64,000 bases of DNA from Botryllus schlosseri (Eukaryota), in assembly GCA_051294905.1 (NCBI GenBank), contig CM119372.1, positions 35,776,001-35,840,000 of the forward strand. Direction: 5' to 3'. Numbering within the stretch: position 1 is the stretch's first letter; the number at the start of each line of letters is the position of its first letter. Shown in pieces: positions 25,101-38,061 of the stretch. Below the pieces are notes generated by a model. That model was given only the letters and a program-made list of their open reading frames with translations, had not been told where the DNA came from and did not search any database. Position numbers and translations under genes: made by a program.

Positions 25101-28100
25101 TTGTTAAAAATAATGCTATTCTACTGCGCCCAACATTCTCGCTAGCTGAAACGGCTTCGGCGGTGGCAACTGACAACAGCATTCCAGCTGATATGAGTGG
25201 GCCGGGGATATTGTCTTGATGCGCAATAGCCCTGACACTGCTGCGACGAGATGCTTAGAACACGGCTTGGGTCGTCCCCATGAGATGAAGTATTGTGATG
25301 TGATAGTTTTGCTTTCAGTTCATACTATTGTCAAGCTACATAACATAACATAACATGGTTGGGTTATATTTTAATCTGAACAAGTCACACACAATGTACA
25401 ATGCGATAAGACACAATGCGATGTCATGAACAGATAGGAGGATGTAGAACGACACGCATCAGCAGCGATCCTTTACTCTAACATCCACCTCGGCCTAGAG
25501 TGCCCGATGTCACAGTTCTTTTTCGATGTTGATCTCTTTGAAGCCGCGGCCCTTCCTACTAGTTCTTTTCCATTCATTGTGAGTGCTTTCTTTCGTCGGG
25601 TCTTTTTCTGGGCTTTTTTGTCGCCGTAAGAACGGCAACGGCAGGGGAAGAGGAGCCCAGATAAACCTCCGGCGGGACTCGAACGCGGGTCGCCTGCGTG
25701 CTGGGCGCTTATCGTAACCACTACACTATCTCCCCTACTGCTAGCCTCAATATTGGATCCTTGTTGCTGAAAGGCATCAGGATTGTGCGCACTACGACGA
25801 GCATGGTCATGATAATGTTGTTATATTTGTAATTCCTTCATGAACGATTATTTCGTGACTCAGAAATGTCATCGCTCAACACTCCGCTGGAATCATTACA
25901 ATTGATACTCGATTTGGAATCGAGAGTTCAAATCCGAGTGACCAGCTTTACTGACCAGTGATCACACGCATATTTGTGTATAATTTCTCACCTCTTGATA
26001 CTCCAAAGCTTCCCGTGTATCGTCCATAATCTGTTCGGCTTCCTCCAGAGACATCAACTGCAACAAAGTCAAGTGTATTATCATTGGAAACCATTAGCAC
26101 GCGAACATACGTACCTTATGTATGTCTTTCAGCGCCTGGTTCCCTACTTTCAGACCCTCCAAGACCTGCGTTTCCATTTGCGCGAATTCGATATCGTTGG
26201 CCAGCGTTTCCAAGTTCTCGATCTGCCGGCCAGTCTTTTCCGCCAGTCCCTCCTGACGCTTTTTCTTTTTCAGAAGCAGTAACGCCTTGCTGGAAAACAG
26301 TAATTTCTAAATGCAACGGTACACACATTATCTGCATTAATTAGTAGCCCTTAAAAATGGGCGCTTATTCCATATTTGCAAAAAAAGACATAGCATAGCT
26401 GGCAGGTTTCACCAGAAAAACTTGGCGAACAGTTACATAATGTACCTATAACTAGGGCAGAGGCGGCTTTAACGAACTATATTGTTCCCTGAACTGAAAC
26501 CTGATAATACTTTTGTGAGTCGTATAATTTGTCGTGTGAACGTAGATAACGAAATATGAAATCGTACGACGTTGGGTTCATTTCGAGATATACGTGTGTA
26601 ATACCACGTAGAGACATTGATGTATACATTCATGATTATTAGCTGACTCGGAAGTCGATATACATTCATGATTATTAGCTGGTTCGGAAGTCGATAGACA
26701 TTTATAAGTACTTCGCTAATGGCGAGAAATATATATTGCATTTTGAACCGTACGTGATATTCAATAAAGTTACAAGCCGGGGAGACGGAAACAAAATATA
26801 TTCGTCAGTGTGATACATCGAATACGTGTGCAATAGACAGGCCTGGTGGTACGTCAGCCAACAAGGTCGTACGGCGTGGGTTACGCCGGTCGTCGAACGG
26901 AAGAAGAAACACGCAGCGAATTGTAAACGCAACCTTCTTGGAGTCAATAATATATCTTGGAGTCAGATATACAATTATACAACTACAAACGTTCGCTCTG
27001 CGTTAAAGCGGCCAACCAGTGGCTCGCGAGAAGGTTTTTTGTAATTAGTTATTACAACAACCAAAATAAATTATTGTATTATGTAATTTATTGTGAACTT
27101 GCAAGGCTAGATAAAGTTTGATAATCCTGACCGTGAAATTTGTGATGTTGATGACTAAAATATATCAGTTCCGACGCATTTGCGTAGCCGGGGGCCAGCA
27201 ACATTTTTCGTGGATCTTCGTATATAATCTTGACCATTGAGTTTTGAGTAGAATATTTCGTGGCAGATTTATTTCACTTGATAATTTTCTTAGCACTTTG
27301 CGCGATTCATTGTCACTCGAATTTTTGCTTTTAGTATTGGTGCCCACTCCGGAAAATAAAAAATGCCCCAAATTTACAGAATTGAGTCGAACTATATTCG
27401 TAATTATGAGAGAACGTGTCGTCCAACATGTCATTCTGCATTCTGCATTCACAGAAAGATAGTGGGCGATGAAACCTTTGCACAAAATTATAGACGCCTG
27501 TTCACCAAAATCTTCCATATTGATATGTTCAAGCGCAGAATAATTCTGTCTTTACCAAGTAGGATACCAGTAGGATATACAGATACGACCCGCAATATAT
27601 GCAATTAACATTGTTATTGACCGAATTCATACATTTACCATGAAAAAATATTGCGCGAACACTGAGTCAGTTGTAATCAAGTGAGTTGAGAGTCATGTTG
27701 AACCAGGCTACTGATATCCATGGAAAAACATTTATGTCAATGTCCGACCCAGGCATTGGTTACAAAGCACTATAAAATAGCCATGGTCCGGAAATATGAA
27801 ACTATCTTGGATGACGTGCGACTTAGCGCCATTTTTTTTTGTGAACTTTACAAGTTATTGAATTGCTGTTAACGCGTCATAATAGTTGTTGCTGGAATGC
27901 TCGATAGAGTAATGGCACTCGCTTTTTTCTTCCATTGAAATTGGAAATTTGACTAGGCTTGACACTCTCCACTTCTATTGCTTGAGAGATTCTGTTTCAG
28001 GCAGACGACCACAAGTAATATTAACCACTTAGATTACTGTTAGCTAGGGTTTTGTTTAGTTTAAAGAGCTTGATCCAGAGGCGAGTGTTGTTCATAGCAC

Positions 28101-31100
28101 AAAAACCACAGATATGGGAACATGGATTTTGGATGCTTGATAGACGGTAGGCTATCCTATGTGATAAGCCTTTCGTCTTTATGAGTAGGCTACCAATCTA
28201 CCACAAATACAAAAGGTGAATATTTTCTTCTTCAATAGTTTAGCTTCTACAGGTTGGGATTGACGCAAATTTGATGCTGCAACAGTTTTCAGCCAGCCTA
28301 ACAAATCTATCAACCTGTCTGAAAAATTCAAAAATAAAAGTTACTTTCTAGCAACCCTAGGACACAAGCATTCGCAGATAGTTAGCCCTATTATTTGTGA
28401 CTTTATCAGCACCATATTCCACTTACATGACTTGTTGATGCTTGACATATCCTATGTGAAGCTGTTCGTCTTATGAGTAGGCTAGGCTGCTAATTGGACG
28501 CAAATAGATCAAGCAAAAAGATTACTATTTAAGCGAGGAGTAAAGGTTCTGGCATGAAACTGAAAGTGATGAGCCGCTGAGCCACCATCCGTTTCGAAAG
28601 GTGATGTAATCTAATATGATGAAAAACATTTCAAAGTATTATTTCTAAACCCAGAACCACATAGGCCCTAAACTTTTTGGGAAGATTTCTCAAAAAGCAG
28701 CACTTTCTCGTCGATGTATATCAAGACATCGAGATCAATCAAGATATCTTGGCAAATCGAATCTGATTCAGTATTCGGCAAGCTTCTACACCTCGAAATT
28801 GTAGTTTTTCCATTCAACATTTAATTTATCAAATGCCAGTGAGCACAGATTTAATTTCTGTTATGTTGAATGTACGAAAGCAAACCCTATCGAAGTATCC
28901 TGATCACAATATACTTGGGTAAGCTTTAGCAAATAGACTTAATCCCTTACTTTGCACTAGGGCTGGGCATAGCGATTCAATTTAAAGTAAAGTCAGCTAG
29001 TGAGAGCCGTTTTCGAGTAGGGGCTTCGAAATGATATGCCGCTATTATCTTATGACAGAGAATAGTAATTACAGGAACTTCGACGCGAGATTCCAAACAC
29101 CTAGCAATAAACAATATACACACATAGTGCATATCGGCATGAACATTGGCTCAGATGGCAATCACATATTTGGTGTCAATACATTGGTGATAACAATTCA
29201 TAATCATGTAGGTATAGGCCTAAACAGCATTACTTGGTTCATGGCAACTTGAGAGGTACATACCAATTAAACAGTTCAAGTCTGTTTTATTTTTAAGACA
29301 TTATAATCATTATAATGAGTGGTGTTGAAATACTAGACTCAGAATAGAATCACTCAAGCTTCAATTTTGCCCAGCTTTACTTACCATCAAGTTCTGTGGC
29401 GTCCATCTGTCATGAAATATTTATTCAAGGTCACCCACCTTTTCTGACCTTGCGACAGAAGACGTTTCGCTAACGTTCTGAGCTTCTCCTGTTCGGCGTC
29501 AATCTTCCTTTGATACATCTTCAACTGATCCCGCTGCTTCTTCAATTCCTGCAGCAGAACATTTTTTTTAACTAATTTTCAATAAAAGCCCCATAACCGC
29601 AATCGTACAGTTGAATGTCACAGAAGCACTATCAAAGGTGTTGGCATCAAAATGAAGCCTTGGGTGAGCAACCTTTTGACAAGGGGGCCAGAATAAATAT
29701 TGAAGTGAAACTATAACCGGCATATAGGCATTGTAATAGTTGCAAGGATGAACATCTTATTACGAATTGGTAATGGTGATAGTGAGACTAAGCATTAAAT
29801 ATCGATACCGGTACCCACTTCACACATAACAATAGCTCGAGTGAAATAGCGAAAGTTACTGAATGGAAATTGTGCAAGATATTCATGCGCAAAGTAAGCA
29901 TTACAGGCTTTTAGAAGTAGAGTAATTCCTTCTCAACATGCAAACGCCCGTCTCCACACCATTTCAGATCAAATTGAAAATTTTCACATCGATCAGGCAT
30001 TAAATTTGGTGCATAGCAAACTTTGTTTCAAGAAAATTGGACAATTCGTTACAGAGTTATTGCAATTTGAAAAATGACATTTTGTGCTCACTCGGCCGTG
30101 ACGCTATACCGCTTGGAACGTGTGTCTAATTGTAATTAACATTATAGTGATCAAATTGCTGCCGAGCAGACTTAAATTTCTGTAGTAAGATATTTTGGTA
30201 TATGCTTATTGTGATAGACCTAAATTTTTAACTTTACTAATGGGGGTTAGGGGTCAAATGTCAATTCAAAGTCATCATGTTTTCAAAATCAGCCATGCAT
30301 AACAAATATGCAACTCTGCCTAGCGTAATTCTATTTAAACCGATTTTTTCGAGGAAGGTGTCAAATGGAAGCTTGGAAAGAGTAGAACGTCGCTGAATTG
30401 GTATTGCATGTGATATTTGACTGCCACTTGTCTAAAACTTCATTGAAAAGATGCGCTCTAAATAGTGCATGACCTGTTATGCATAAAGTGTCAAAGTATA
30501 TTCTCAACTGTGTTCCTGTCTTATATTCAATTCAGAACCAATTCTGATGGATTCTAATTGGTAACAGCTTTCATATGACACCTTACTTATGAATTTTGAG
30601 TTAGAAAGAGTCGTGCCAGAGAGTTCAGAAATATCGTCACGCATCACTGATTTTAACATACTGGTATGTCAATTTTCAAATCAAGATTTGAACCTTGATT
30701 CTGTAATGCGGAGGGGAATATAGTGAGTGAAGAACATGTACCAGCAATCATTGCTTACCAGCATTACTACCTACAGGCTGCAGCCTGTATAAGTAATGAT
30801 TTTAGCAGTTATAATTATACGCAAATTTCATGGTTGAGTGAGTAAGCACGAAATCCTCATTCTTCATACTGCAATTGCTCAAGAACCGATCAATAAAGTT
30901 ATATTAATTAAATTCTATTCTACTCAGAATTGGGTACTTTAGTTGTACATGATATTGCAGAGAAATCTGAGAGGGTGTGAAGACGAATTAAAATATTATT
31001 TGGATGTTGACTCGAATTACTGATAGTCGGTAAACCCAGAAGCACCCTTGCAAGCATAATGCACATGCAATAAATATAAGTAGGGGCCTACTCTCTGAGC

Positions 31101-33615
31101 ATGGCAATAATTATCTACTGAAACACATTATCATATAAGGAGTAGAATAATGGCAAAATCAGATAATCACTGAAATAATATAATAAAAATTAATTAAAGA
31201 ATGACCTATTTTGCATTATGCACCATATTATATTTTTAACCACGTTGCTGTCAAATATCAATAATAAAACTAAGTTTCGTGCATTCTAGTTGAAAACAGC
31301 TTTCAAATGACACCTTGCTTGTGAATTTTGGTTCAAATAGAATTGCACCAGATGAGTTGAAAAATATCGTTATGCATCACCGATTTTAACACATGCCAAC
31401 TTTGAAATCGCGTTTTGAACCTTGACCCAATACTGTGGAGCGGGGAAATTCGTGGTAAGTGAAGAACATGTACCAACAATTATTGCTAAATAACATTCAA
31501 ACCTTTACTCTGAGCTATATCAGTTACAATCATACACAGGTTTTGTGTTGCTAAATTTCATGGTTGAGTAATCACAAAATCATCATTTTTCAAACTGCAA
31601 TAACTCAAGAGCCGTTCAACGAAATTGTCCGAAATAAATTTCGTTGTACTCAGAACTAGATACTTTAGTTGTATGTAAATTTAGAGAAAAATCTGAGAGG
31701 GTGTGGAGACGGATTTAAAAAATATTTGCATGTTGACAGGGAATTACTCAGTAGCCTGGATATCAATATATTACAACAAACTTTGTGGTAGGTTCATGTT
31801 GTCAGCCAACTATATTCCCCTCGAAGATTTTTGCGATAAAGTAAGCATTATCCTATCCATGTTTCTGTGGTTTTGAGCCTTCTCTAACACCCTTGCGCTT
31901 TACTCAATTTATCAAAACTAAGCTAAATCATAAACCCATTGCGCGGGCTGCACATTGCACACCCGATATAGGCATTGAGCAAAAAAACACCAAGACCTTA
32001 ACAATCAATTGAGTGGATAACTGTCAAATTTTATAACAAGCTTCGACAATGTAACTAAAAGTGTAATCAGTACAATAGCCTAATAGCCAACATGTTCCAT
32101 GAGACGAAAGGTATATGTGAAAAAGTGGATGAAGCCACTAAAAATTTTGACTACTGTCAGTGGGAAAATGATTGCAGTACCAGATGTCAGCCAACAACCA
32201 ATTAAGTTTGACTGGAAATTTCCTCAGAAGACATGGGGCGATTGACAAGACTAGAACCGGGTGATAGCTCATATTTCACTGTGTAAATCTGTAGCCTAGT
32301 ATTACTCCAACAGCGCAACGTTTGAAAGGCAGGAGCGGTGTCTTCGAAATGCATAGGCTATATGAGTTGGGCCTATCAAATTTTTATCAGGACTAGAAAA
32401 CAATGCAAAATTGCGACAATATTAGCGAGATAAAGATAACATCTCAACCTTGGGATGTCAGAACATGGCCTGTGAAAAGACAACATCTTTATTTTTGTAT
32501 CAAACAAATTAACAGATTAAGGCACTCTTTTAGCTGTTATGGCAGTTTTGCAGACCATCGTGCGTTCATTACAAGGCCATTCTCAGACCCTAACTCTAAC
32601 TCGGACCGGCTATAATCATTAACACAACTTGACCCGAACCCAAATCATAACCAACGCAATACTAATCCTAACCCTAACCGTAATTCTAACTCTGGATAAT
32701 ATTAAATCAAGCTAGGAAGGACGTTGTATATTTTTGTACTTGATATTTTGGGGCATATACACCGACTCATGATATACATACACACGATCTGTGCATATGC
32801 ATACCATGAGTACGTGATGTTCATATGCTATTGTACAAGGTAGGTGCAGATATAGCCTTGTAAGGCTTTCTAAGTCTGGCACAACCCCTAAATGCTATCC
32901 CAGAAATGGGATAAAGCGGAATCCTGCTACATTTTCCGCAGTCAATTGCACAATGCACATGATTCGATAATTCTAATTCATGGATTCCAGGCTCAATTTT
33001 CGTGGGGATTTGATTGTGTGACAGCGATAAAGTACAAGGGCGGTTTGCAGAAGAGCCATTGCGGTGATTGCGCAACGTTACCATGGCAATAAAAGTACAT
33101 TAACCAAGTATTTGTGTATTTTGTATTAAAAGGATTAATAAAGGACACGAATTGAAGTGCTGATTGCTCACCACAGGACCCAATTTGGACAGTTTACGCG
33201 TGGAAAATATTAAATATCTATTACTTTCTTTAAATTGGAGTCTATTATACCTTATGAATGAAAGTTGTGCCAGGTTTTTTACCTTGCGTCCATACAATGT
33301 TTCAATGAATAATTTCATACACACATAGGAATTTAATTTAGACAGTCAATCAACCGCATTCAATTTTAATAGTACTCAGTTATAATATGATACCATTAGG
33401 TTTGTTTATACAGCTCTCACATATTAGAGCAACTGCCCCTTTAAGGTTTTCTTTGAATCTACGCATAGGCACAGCTGTCGTCAGCAAATGCAATCTATTG
33501 TATGCCAGTAGCATCCCACAGCCACAGCCACAGCCACACCACTCACCAGAATAGCTTTATCCTGCTCAGTAACGCGGGATTGCGGTTTCTTCTTGCTTGA
33601 AAATAGCCCTCCCAT
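22122..33615 (-). CDS. CHMP6: Charged multivesicular body protein 6 (VPS20, ESCRT-III), 6 coding exons, 207 aa
   Basis: join(33547-33615, 29439-29548, 26115-26289, 25992-26057, 23229-23391, 22122-22162). All introns are GT-AG and phases are consistent. The protein has an MGGLFS myristoylation motif, a Snf7 core (VTEQDKAILELKKQRDQLK, IEFAQME, EGLKVGN) and MIM2-like LPDVP. Confidence 0.96.
23229..23391 (-). CDS. CHMP6: CHMP6 exon 5
   Basis: QLNEILAGALTDEDESSILAELEAI...LPDVPADEP. gtgcag acceptor, GTAAGC donor. Confidence 0.95.
23757..24131. mobile_element. hAT MITE in CHMP6 intron 4
   Basis: CAGTGGT / ACCACTG ends. Perfect 8-bp TSD GTCTACAT. Confidence 0.88.
24657..24855. mobile_element. Small MITE with GGT...ACC ends (superfamily uncertain)
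   Basis: 8-bp TSD ATAACAGG. Inverted subterminal CGAGAAAACCATTACC / GGTAATGGTTTTCTCG. Confidence 0.7.
25338..25737 (-). mobile_element. tRNA-derived SINE with LINE-derived tail
   Basis: A box TAGTGTAGTGG, B box GTTCGAGTCC and (ATGTT)n tail. The 3' part matches the LINE 3' UTR at 34046-34140. Confidence 0.85.
25992..26057 (-). CDS. CHMP6: CHMP6 exon 4
   Basis: LMSLEEAEQIMDDTREALEYQE, 66 nt. ttgcag acceptor, GTGAGA donor. Confidence 0.95.
26115..26289 (-). CDS. CHMP6: CHMP6 exon 3
   Basis: KALLLLKKKKRQE...IEFAQMETQVLEGLKVGNQALKDIHK, 175 nt. ttccag acceptor, GTACGT donor. Confidence 0.96.
29439..29548 (-). CDS. CHMP6: CHMP6 exon 2
   Basis: ELKKQRDQLKMYQRKIDAEQEKLRTLAKRLLSQGQK, 110 nt. ctgcag acceptor, GTGGGT donor. 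Confidence 0.96.
29920..31749. mobile_element. Sola2-like non-autonomous DNA transposon in CHMP6 intron 1
   Basis: GAGTAATTCC...GGAATTACTC termini, 4-bp TSD AGTA and long imperfect TIRs. The right arm is present twice (~30560-31020 and ~31285-31749). Confidence 0.7.
33547..33615 (-). CDS. CHMP6: CHMP6 exon 1 (coding part)
   Basis: MGGLFSSKKKPQSRVTEQDKAIL followed by GTGAGT donor. Confidence 0.96.
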
Positions 33616-33867
33616 GTTCAATACATGGATTATTAGAATCCAACACCAGGAACGAGTGCAAGAAGGCCAGTACAGACGGAACAAAACGGGGACAAGTCCA
33701 GGTAAATATTGGTAACTACAGTTATATCACGTATATCTATAACAGATCGACGAGAGACATCATAAACAAACCACTGAGGGCACTCAGTGGCACTTTAAGA
33801 GTATGTTGAGTAGAGTAGACCACTTATAGAGTATGACTGGATACCAGAGTCGACCACGAGTCAAGTC

Positions 33868-34192
33868 GAAATACAAGCAATTACTACTAAATAAATACAG
33901 TCCGTCCTTAAGATTACCGGACCACGACTGACCCATCGATCTCGCTTTCCATGACATGCCGCCCTATTTTCATGTCGCTTTCTTTTTTCCATACTATCTT
34001 CTTAACTTTCATTCAGTGTGCACTGTGCATGCATGCCTCCTCTTTACATCGCTATAGCTAGGCCAAGGTGGGTGTCTGATTCCATAGACTACTCCAAGTC
34101 GCTTCGACATCTTCCTGTCTTTTTCATTGCATCGCATTTTTGTGGTGTATTGAACTGATAAAAATTGCTAATAAACCAATGATGATGATGAA
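33868..34192 (+). mobile_element. 5'-truncated LINE 3' end
   Basis: KYKQLLLNKY-like ORF end, structured UTR, AATAAA and (TGA)n tail. Closely matches 36022-36303. Confidence 0.7.
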
Positions 34193-34780
34193 AATCATCA
34201 CACAAAATTATATCACACCATGGAAAACTGAATGGGATAGATCGGTAACTGCGTGGCCTGTCAATCATTTACGGTTGAATAGCAATCAATAGAGCCAGAA
34301 TGTTTCGATTGTATGCTGTTATTCTCCGACCACTGTGATTCTATTAGAATTTTTGGCGAAAATCGGTGATTGTGTGAATCATGAAAATATACTCGGGTGT
34401 CATTACATTTTGTGCTTTGGAAATTACATCGGCATATTCAGCAACCTCTTGCCATACTGTTTCTTGCTGATGTATTCAATGACAAATGCACGTAAACGAC
34501 CGTTTTCGGGTGTATTTCCAGGTATTATGACGTAAAAACAATTTTAAGAAGACGAAGAGATACCTACTACACAGCCGTTTGACTGAATATTTTGCAGTTG
34601 AATCGTAAGAAATGTGTCGGTGATAACGCTCAACAGACCATGTCTATCGACTATCCTTGGTTATAAATATATTTCGAAGAGTGCGGGAATGATTTGACAC
34701 CGGCGGCTGCTACGAAGAATCATCATTTTCTCGAATATATGATTACGACGAATAGTGGAACACTTTTTTAAAAGATTTAG

Positions 34781-35759
34781 GCTCCGGACTCTACATACAT
34801 CTCATTAGAATCGAATTGAAATCGGACATTTTCGAAATTTCCGTAATCCGGACACAATTAGGGCCCCAGTTCGACCCTTGGGACCTCGACTTGAATAATG
34901 ATTTTGGTGTCGATAGAAGCGGCCAGACTGATAAAATCCATTTCAAAAAGAATTGGGCTCCGGACTCTACATATATCTCATTAGAATCGAATTGAAATTT
35001 GACATTTTCGAAATTTCCGTAATCCGGACACAATTAGGGCCCCAGTTCGACCCTTGGGACCTCGACTTGAATAATAATTTTGGTCTCGATAGAAGCGGCC
35101 AGACTAGTAGAATCCATTTCAAAAAGAATTACGCTCCGGACTCTACATATATCTCATTAGAATCGAATTGAAATTTGACATTTTCGAAATTTCCGTAATC
35201 CGGACACAATTAGGGCCCCAGTTCGACCCTTGGGACCTCGACTTGAATAATGATTTTGGTCTCGATAGAAGCGGCCAGACTAGTAGAATCCATTTCAAAA
35301 AGAATTACGCTTCGGACTCTACATATATCTCATTAGAATCAAATTGAAATTTGACATTTTCGAAATTTCCGTAATCCGGACACAATTAGGGCCCCAGTTC
35401 GACCCTTGGGACCTCGACTTGAATAATGATTTTGGTCTCGATAGAAGCGGCCAGACTAGTAGAATCCATTTCAAAAAGAATTACGCTCCGGACTCTACAT
35501 ATATATCATTAGAATCGAATTGAAATTTGACATTTTCGAAATTTCCGTAATCCGGACACAATTAGGGCCCCAGTTCGACCCTTGGGACCTCGACTTGAAT
35601 AATGATTTTGGTCTCGATAGAAGCGGCCAGACTAGTAGAATCCATTTCAAAAAGAATTACGCTCCGGACTCTACATATATCTCATTAGAATCGAATTGAA
35701 ATTTGACATTTTCGAAATTTCCGTAATCCGGACACAATTAGGGCCCCAGTTCGACCCTT
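34781..35759. repeat. 176-bp tandem array, ~5.6 units
   Basis: Units start at 34781, 34957, 35133, 35309, 35485 and 35661 and are near identical. Confidence 0.97.
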
Positions 35760-36021
35760 CGGTTTAGAGCGCGTGATTTATGGCTCTGCTCTGTCCTCTT
35801 ATCCAGTGTACATAGCCTCCACTAATGATACAGCCGGAACAATAAAACAACATTCTAGCAATTCCGATTTTATCATATTTTTCGAACTGTAAGAATGTAC
35901 AAGATGTCCGAGGTCCGATGTCCCTATGGGGGGCCCAATACCAAAGTTTTGAGGGGGGGGGGGCTGACGAAGTGCTGTTACGGCCCTGGCTATAGAATTA
36001 GCAATTTTGTTGCGTTCAGTC

Positions 36022-36303
36022 CAATACAGTCCATCCTCAAGATTACCGGACCACGACTGACCTATCGATCTCGCTTTCCATGACATGCCGCCCTATTTCT
36101 TGTCGCTTCCTTTTTTTCTATACTATCTTCTTTACTTTTATTCAGTGTGCATGCCTCCTCTTTACATCGCCTAGGTCAAGGTGGGTGTCTGATTCCATAG
36201 ACTACTCCAAGTCGCTACGACATTTTCCTGTCTTTTCATTGTATTGCATTTCTGTGGTGTATTGAACTGATAAAAATTGCTAATAAACCAATGGTGATGA
36301 TGA
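36022..36303 (+). mobile_element. 5'-truncated LINE 3' end (second copy)
   Basis: Homologous to 33895-34192, with AATAAA and (TGA)n tail. Confidence 0.7.
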
Positions 36304-36415
36304 TCAGATTGCTGAGCAGTAATCACCCCTGGGCACGCAAGCGTGACGACGGGTGTTGCGTATCTATCCGTAGGTTAGTTATCTATAGTCGAAGCGACTT
36401 GGAGTACTGTAGACT

Positions 36416-37551
36416 CAGAGGTGGTCAGTAATGAAGTACTTCTACTTTTTTTAAGTGCTCAAGTAGTTTTCCTCTACTTCTGGTACTTACTCAAGTAGAT
36501 CTGATTTTCTCTACTTCTACTTCGTAATATTTTGTGATCTACTTACTTACTTTCCGCTATTTTCAGTTTGTCAAGTAGAAGTAGTTTAATCCCTCAATAC
36601 TAAAGATAGCCTGAGGAAGTTCGGGGCTGTTTTCACGGAGTACCAACATTTAATATTCATAAAAGTCATAAGTAAAGCTCAGAAATTTTGTTACTCTTCG
36701 CGCACAGAAGTTATGGAGTGACAAATATGTTTTCATGAAAGTATCAGTGAATGTACTTTAGGTACCGGATTGCTTGGTTCCGCTCACACCGCATTGTCGC
36801 CCATATCAAATATTCCATCACAGTAAATATGGCCCACCATAACGTGATCACCTTTGATGATTTATGGACTAAAGACATGACATATATTTTCCGCTTTTTA
36901 ATAATGGTATTGGTATTTCACTTACAATTCCGTGTATCATACTTTGAGTTCTAATTACTTTCAGTTCTTTTCTCTGCAGAACACATGTTGAAGCATAAAA
37001 GCAAGTGTAGTAATGCCTCTATTTTCCGAAAATAAACCTACACTAAATATAACTTTCACGATTCACAATATTTTTTATTAACGTTTAAATCGCGCAAAGT
37101 GTTGAAACCGTATCCGATAATACAACTTCTCCGTATTGCTATTCGCCGAAACTTGAGGCCTTCGAATATGGGGGAAGGGTGCCTTGTCATGATGTTCTCT
37201 AAAACGAGGTTTAATATCGCATTTTCATATCAATACTATAATTTGCATCCCATGATGGCAAAGAATGCTTATTCTGTCGAAAATTGATACCTCCTGGGAT
37301 GCATCAATACGAATCAAGCCCTCTGAACCTTCTGTATAGCTCAATTTGCAGCTTATGACAGTCCATCCCAACGAATTAAGACTGTTTTCAAAACTACTTA
37401 CTTACTTGAGAGTAGATTTAAAGTCAGTCAATTCTACTTCTACTTCAAGTAGTTTTAGGTGACTTATGGAAGAAGTACTTCTACTCGTACTTGAGTAGAT
37501 ATTTGCGTCGCTACTTCTACTTCTACTTGAGTAGCTTTCTTGACTACTTTG
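36416..37551. mobile_element. MITE with TACTT/AAGTA subterminal repeats, inserted in an inverted LINE-tail fragment
   Basis: CAGAGGTGGTCA / TGACTACTTTG ends. The flanks join into the reverse complement of ~36170-36220. Confidence 0.65.
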
Positions 37552-37752
37552 ACTGTAGTCTATGGAATCAGACACTCACCTTGGCCTAGGCCAGGGTTGG
37601 GCAAACTACGGCCCGCGAGAGTCGAAAGAAACTTATTAAAAATATTGTAGGGATATTGCACGAAATATTAATAGAAAACGTACCAAAAATCGGATTGATG
37701 CGGGGACTTGATTAACTTTTTCTTGGTGTACTTCGCCATGATAATTCTAAGG

Positions 37753-38061
37753 CAGTGGTTCTCAAACTGGGGAGCGCGCCCCACTTCGGGGCGTGAAAGC
37801 ATCTGAAGGGGGTTGCGAAGCTGAGCCCAAATGATTTTTTCGCGCCATGCGCGACAACATCCAATTCATAATTATTGCTCTGTATTTAGTCTGAATTTTA
37901 TATTCAAAAATCTCTCATCCACAGTCGTAACTTTCCACGCCATCAAACAATTTGTTAGGTTTGCTAGCATCCTGGTTGCGTTTTGTGATATGACGATAAG
38001 GGGGCGCGAAATCGTTCACCATCATAATGGGGGCGTGTCTTAAAAAGTTTGAGAACCACTG
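37753..38061. mobile_element. hAT MITE
   Basis: CAGTGGTTCTCAAACT / AGTTTGAGAACCACTG TIRs. Near-TSD TTCTAAGG/ATCTGAGG. Confidence 0.8.

Noticed and set aside
28544..28660. Box C/D snoRNA-like stretch with GGTTCTGG/CCAGAACC ends
   Set aside because: The box-like motifs are antisense to the host gene and not placed at the termini.
34781..35759. CRISPR array
   Set aside because: Whole 176-bp units repeat with no unique spacers, and the context is eukaryotic.
33895..36303. LTR/TRIM/retrozyme formed by the two direct repeats
   Set aside because: The repeats end in AATAAA+(TGA)n, have different 5' extents, lack TG..CA, PBS and ribozyme, and extend into LINE-like sequence at 21 kb.
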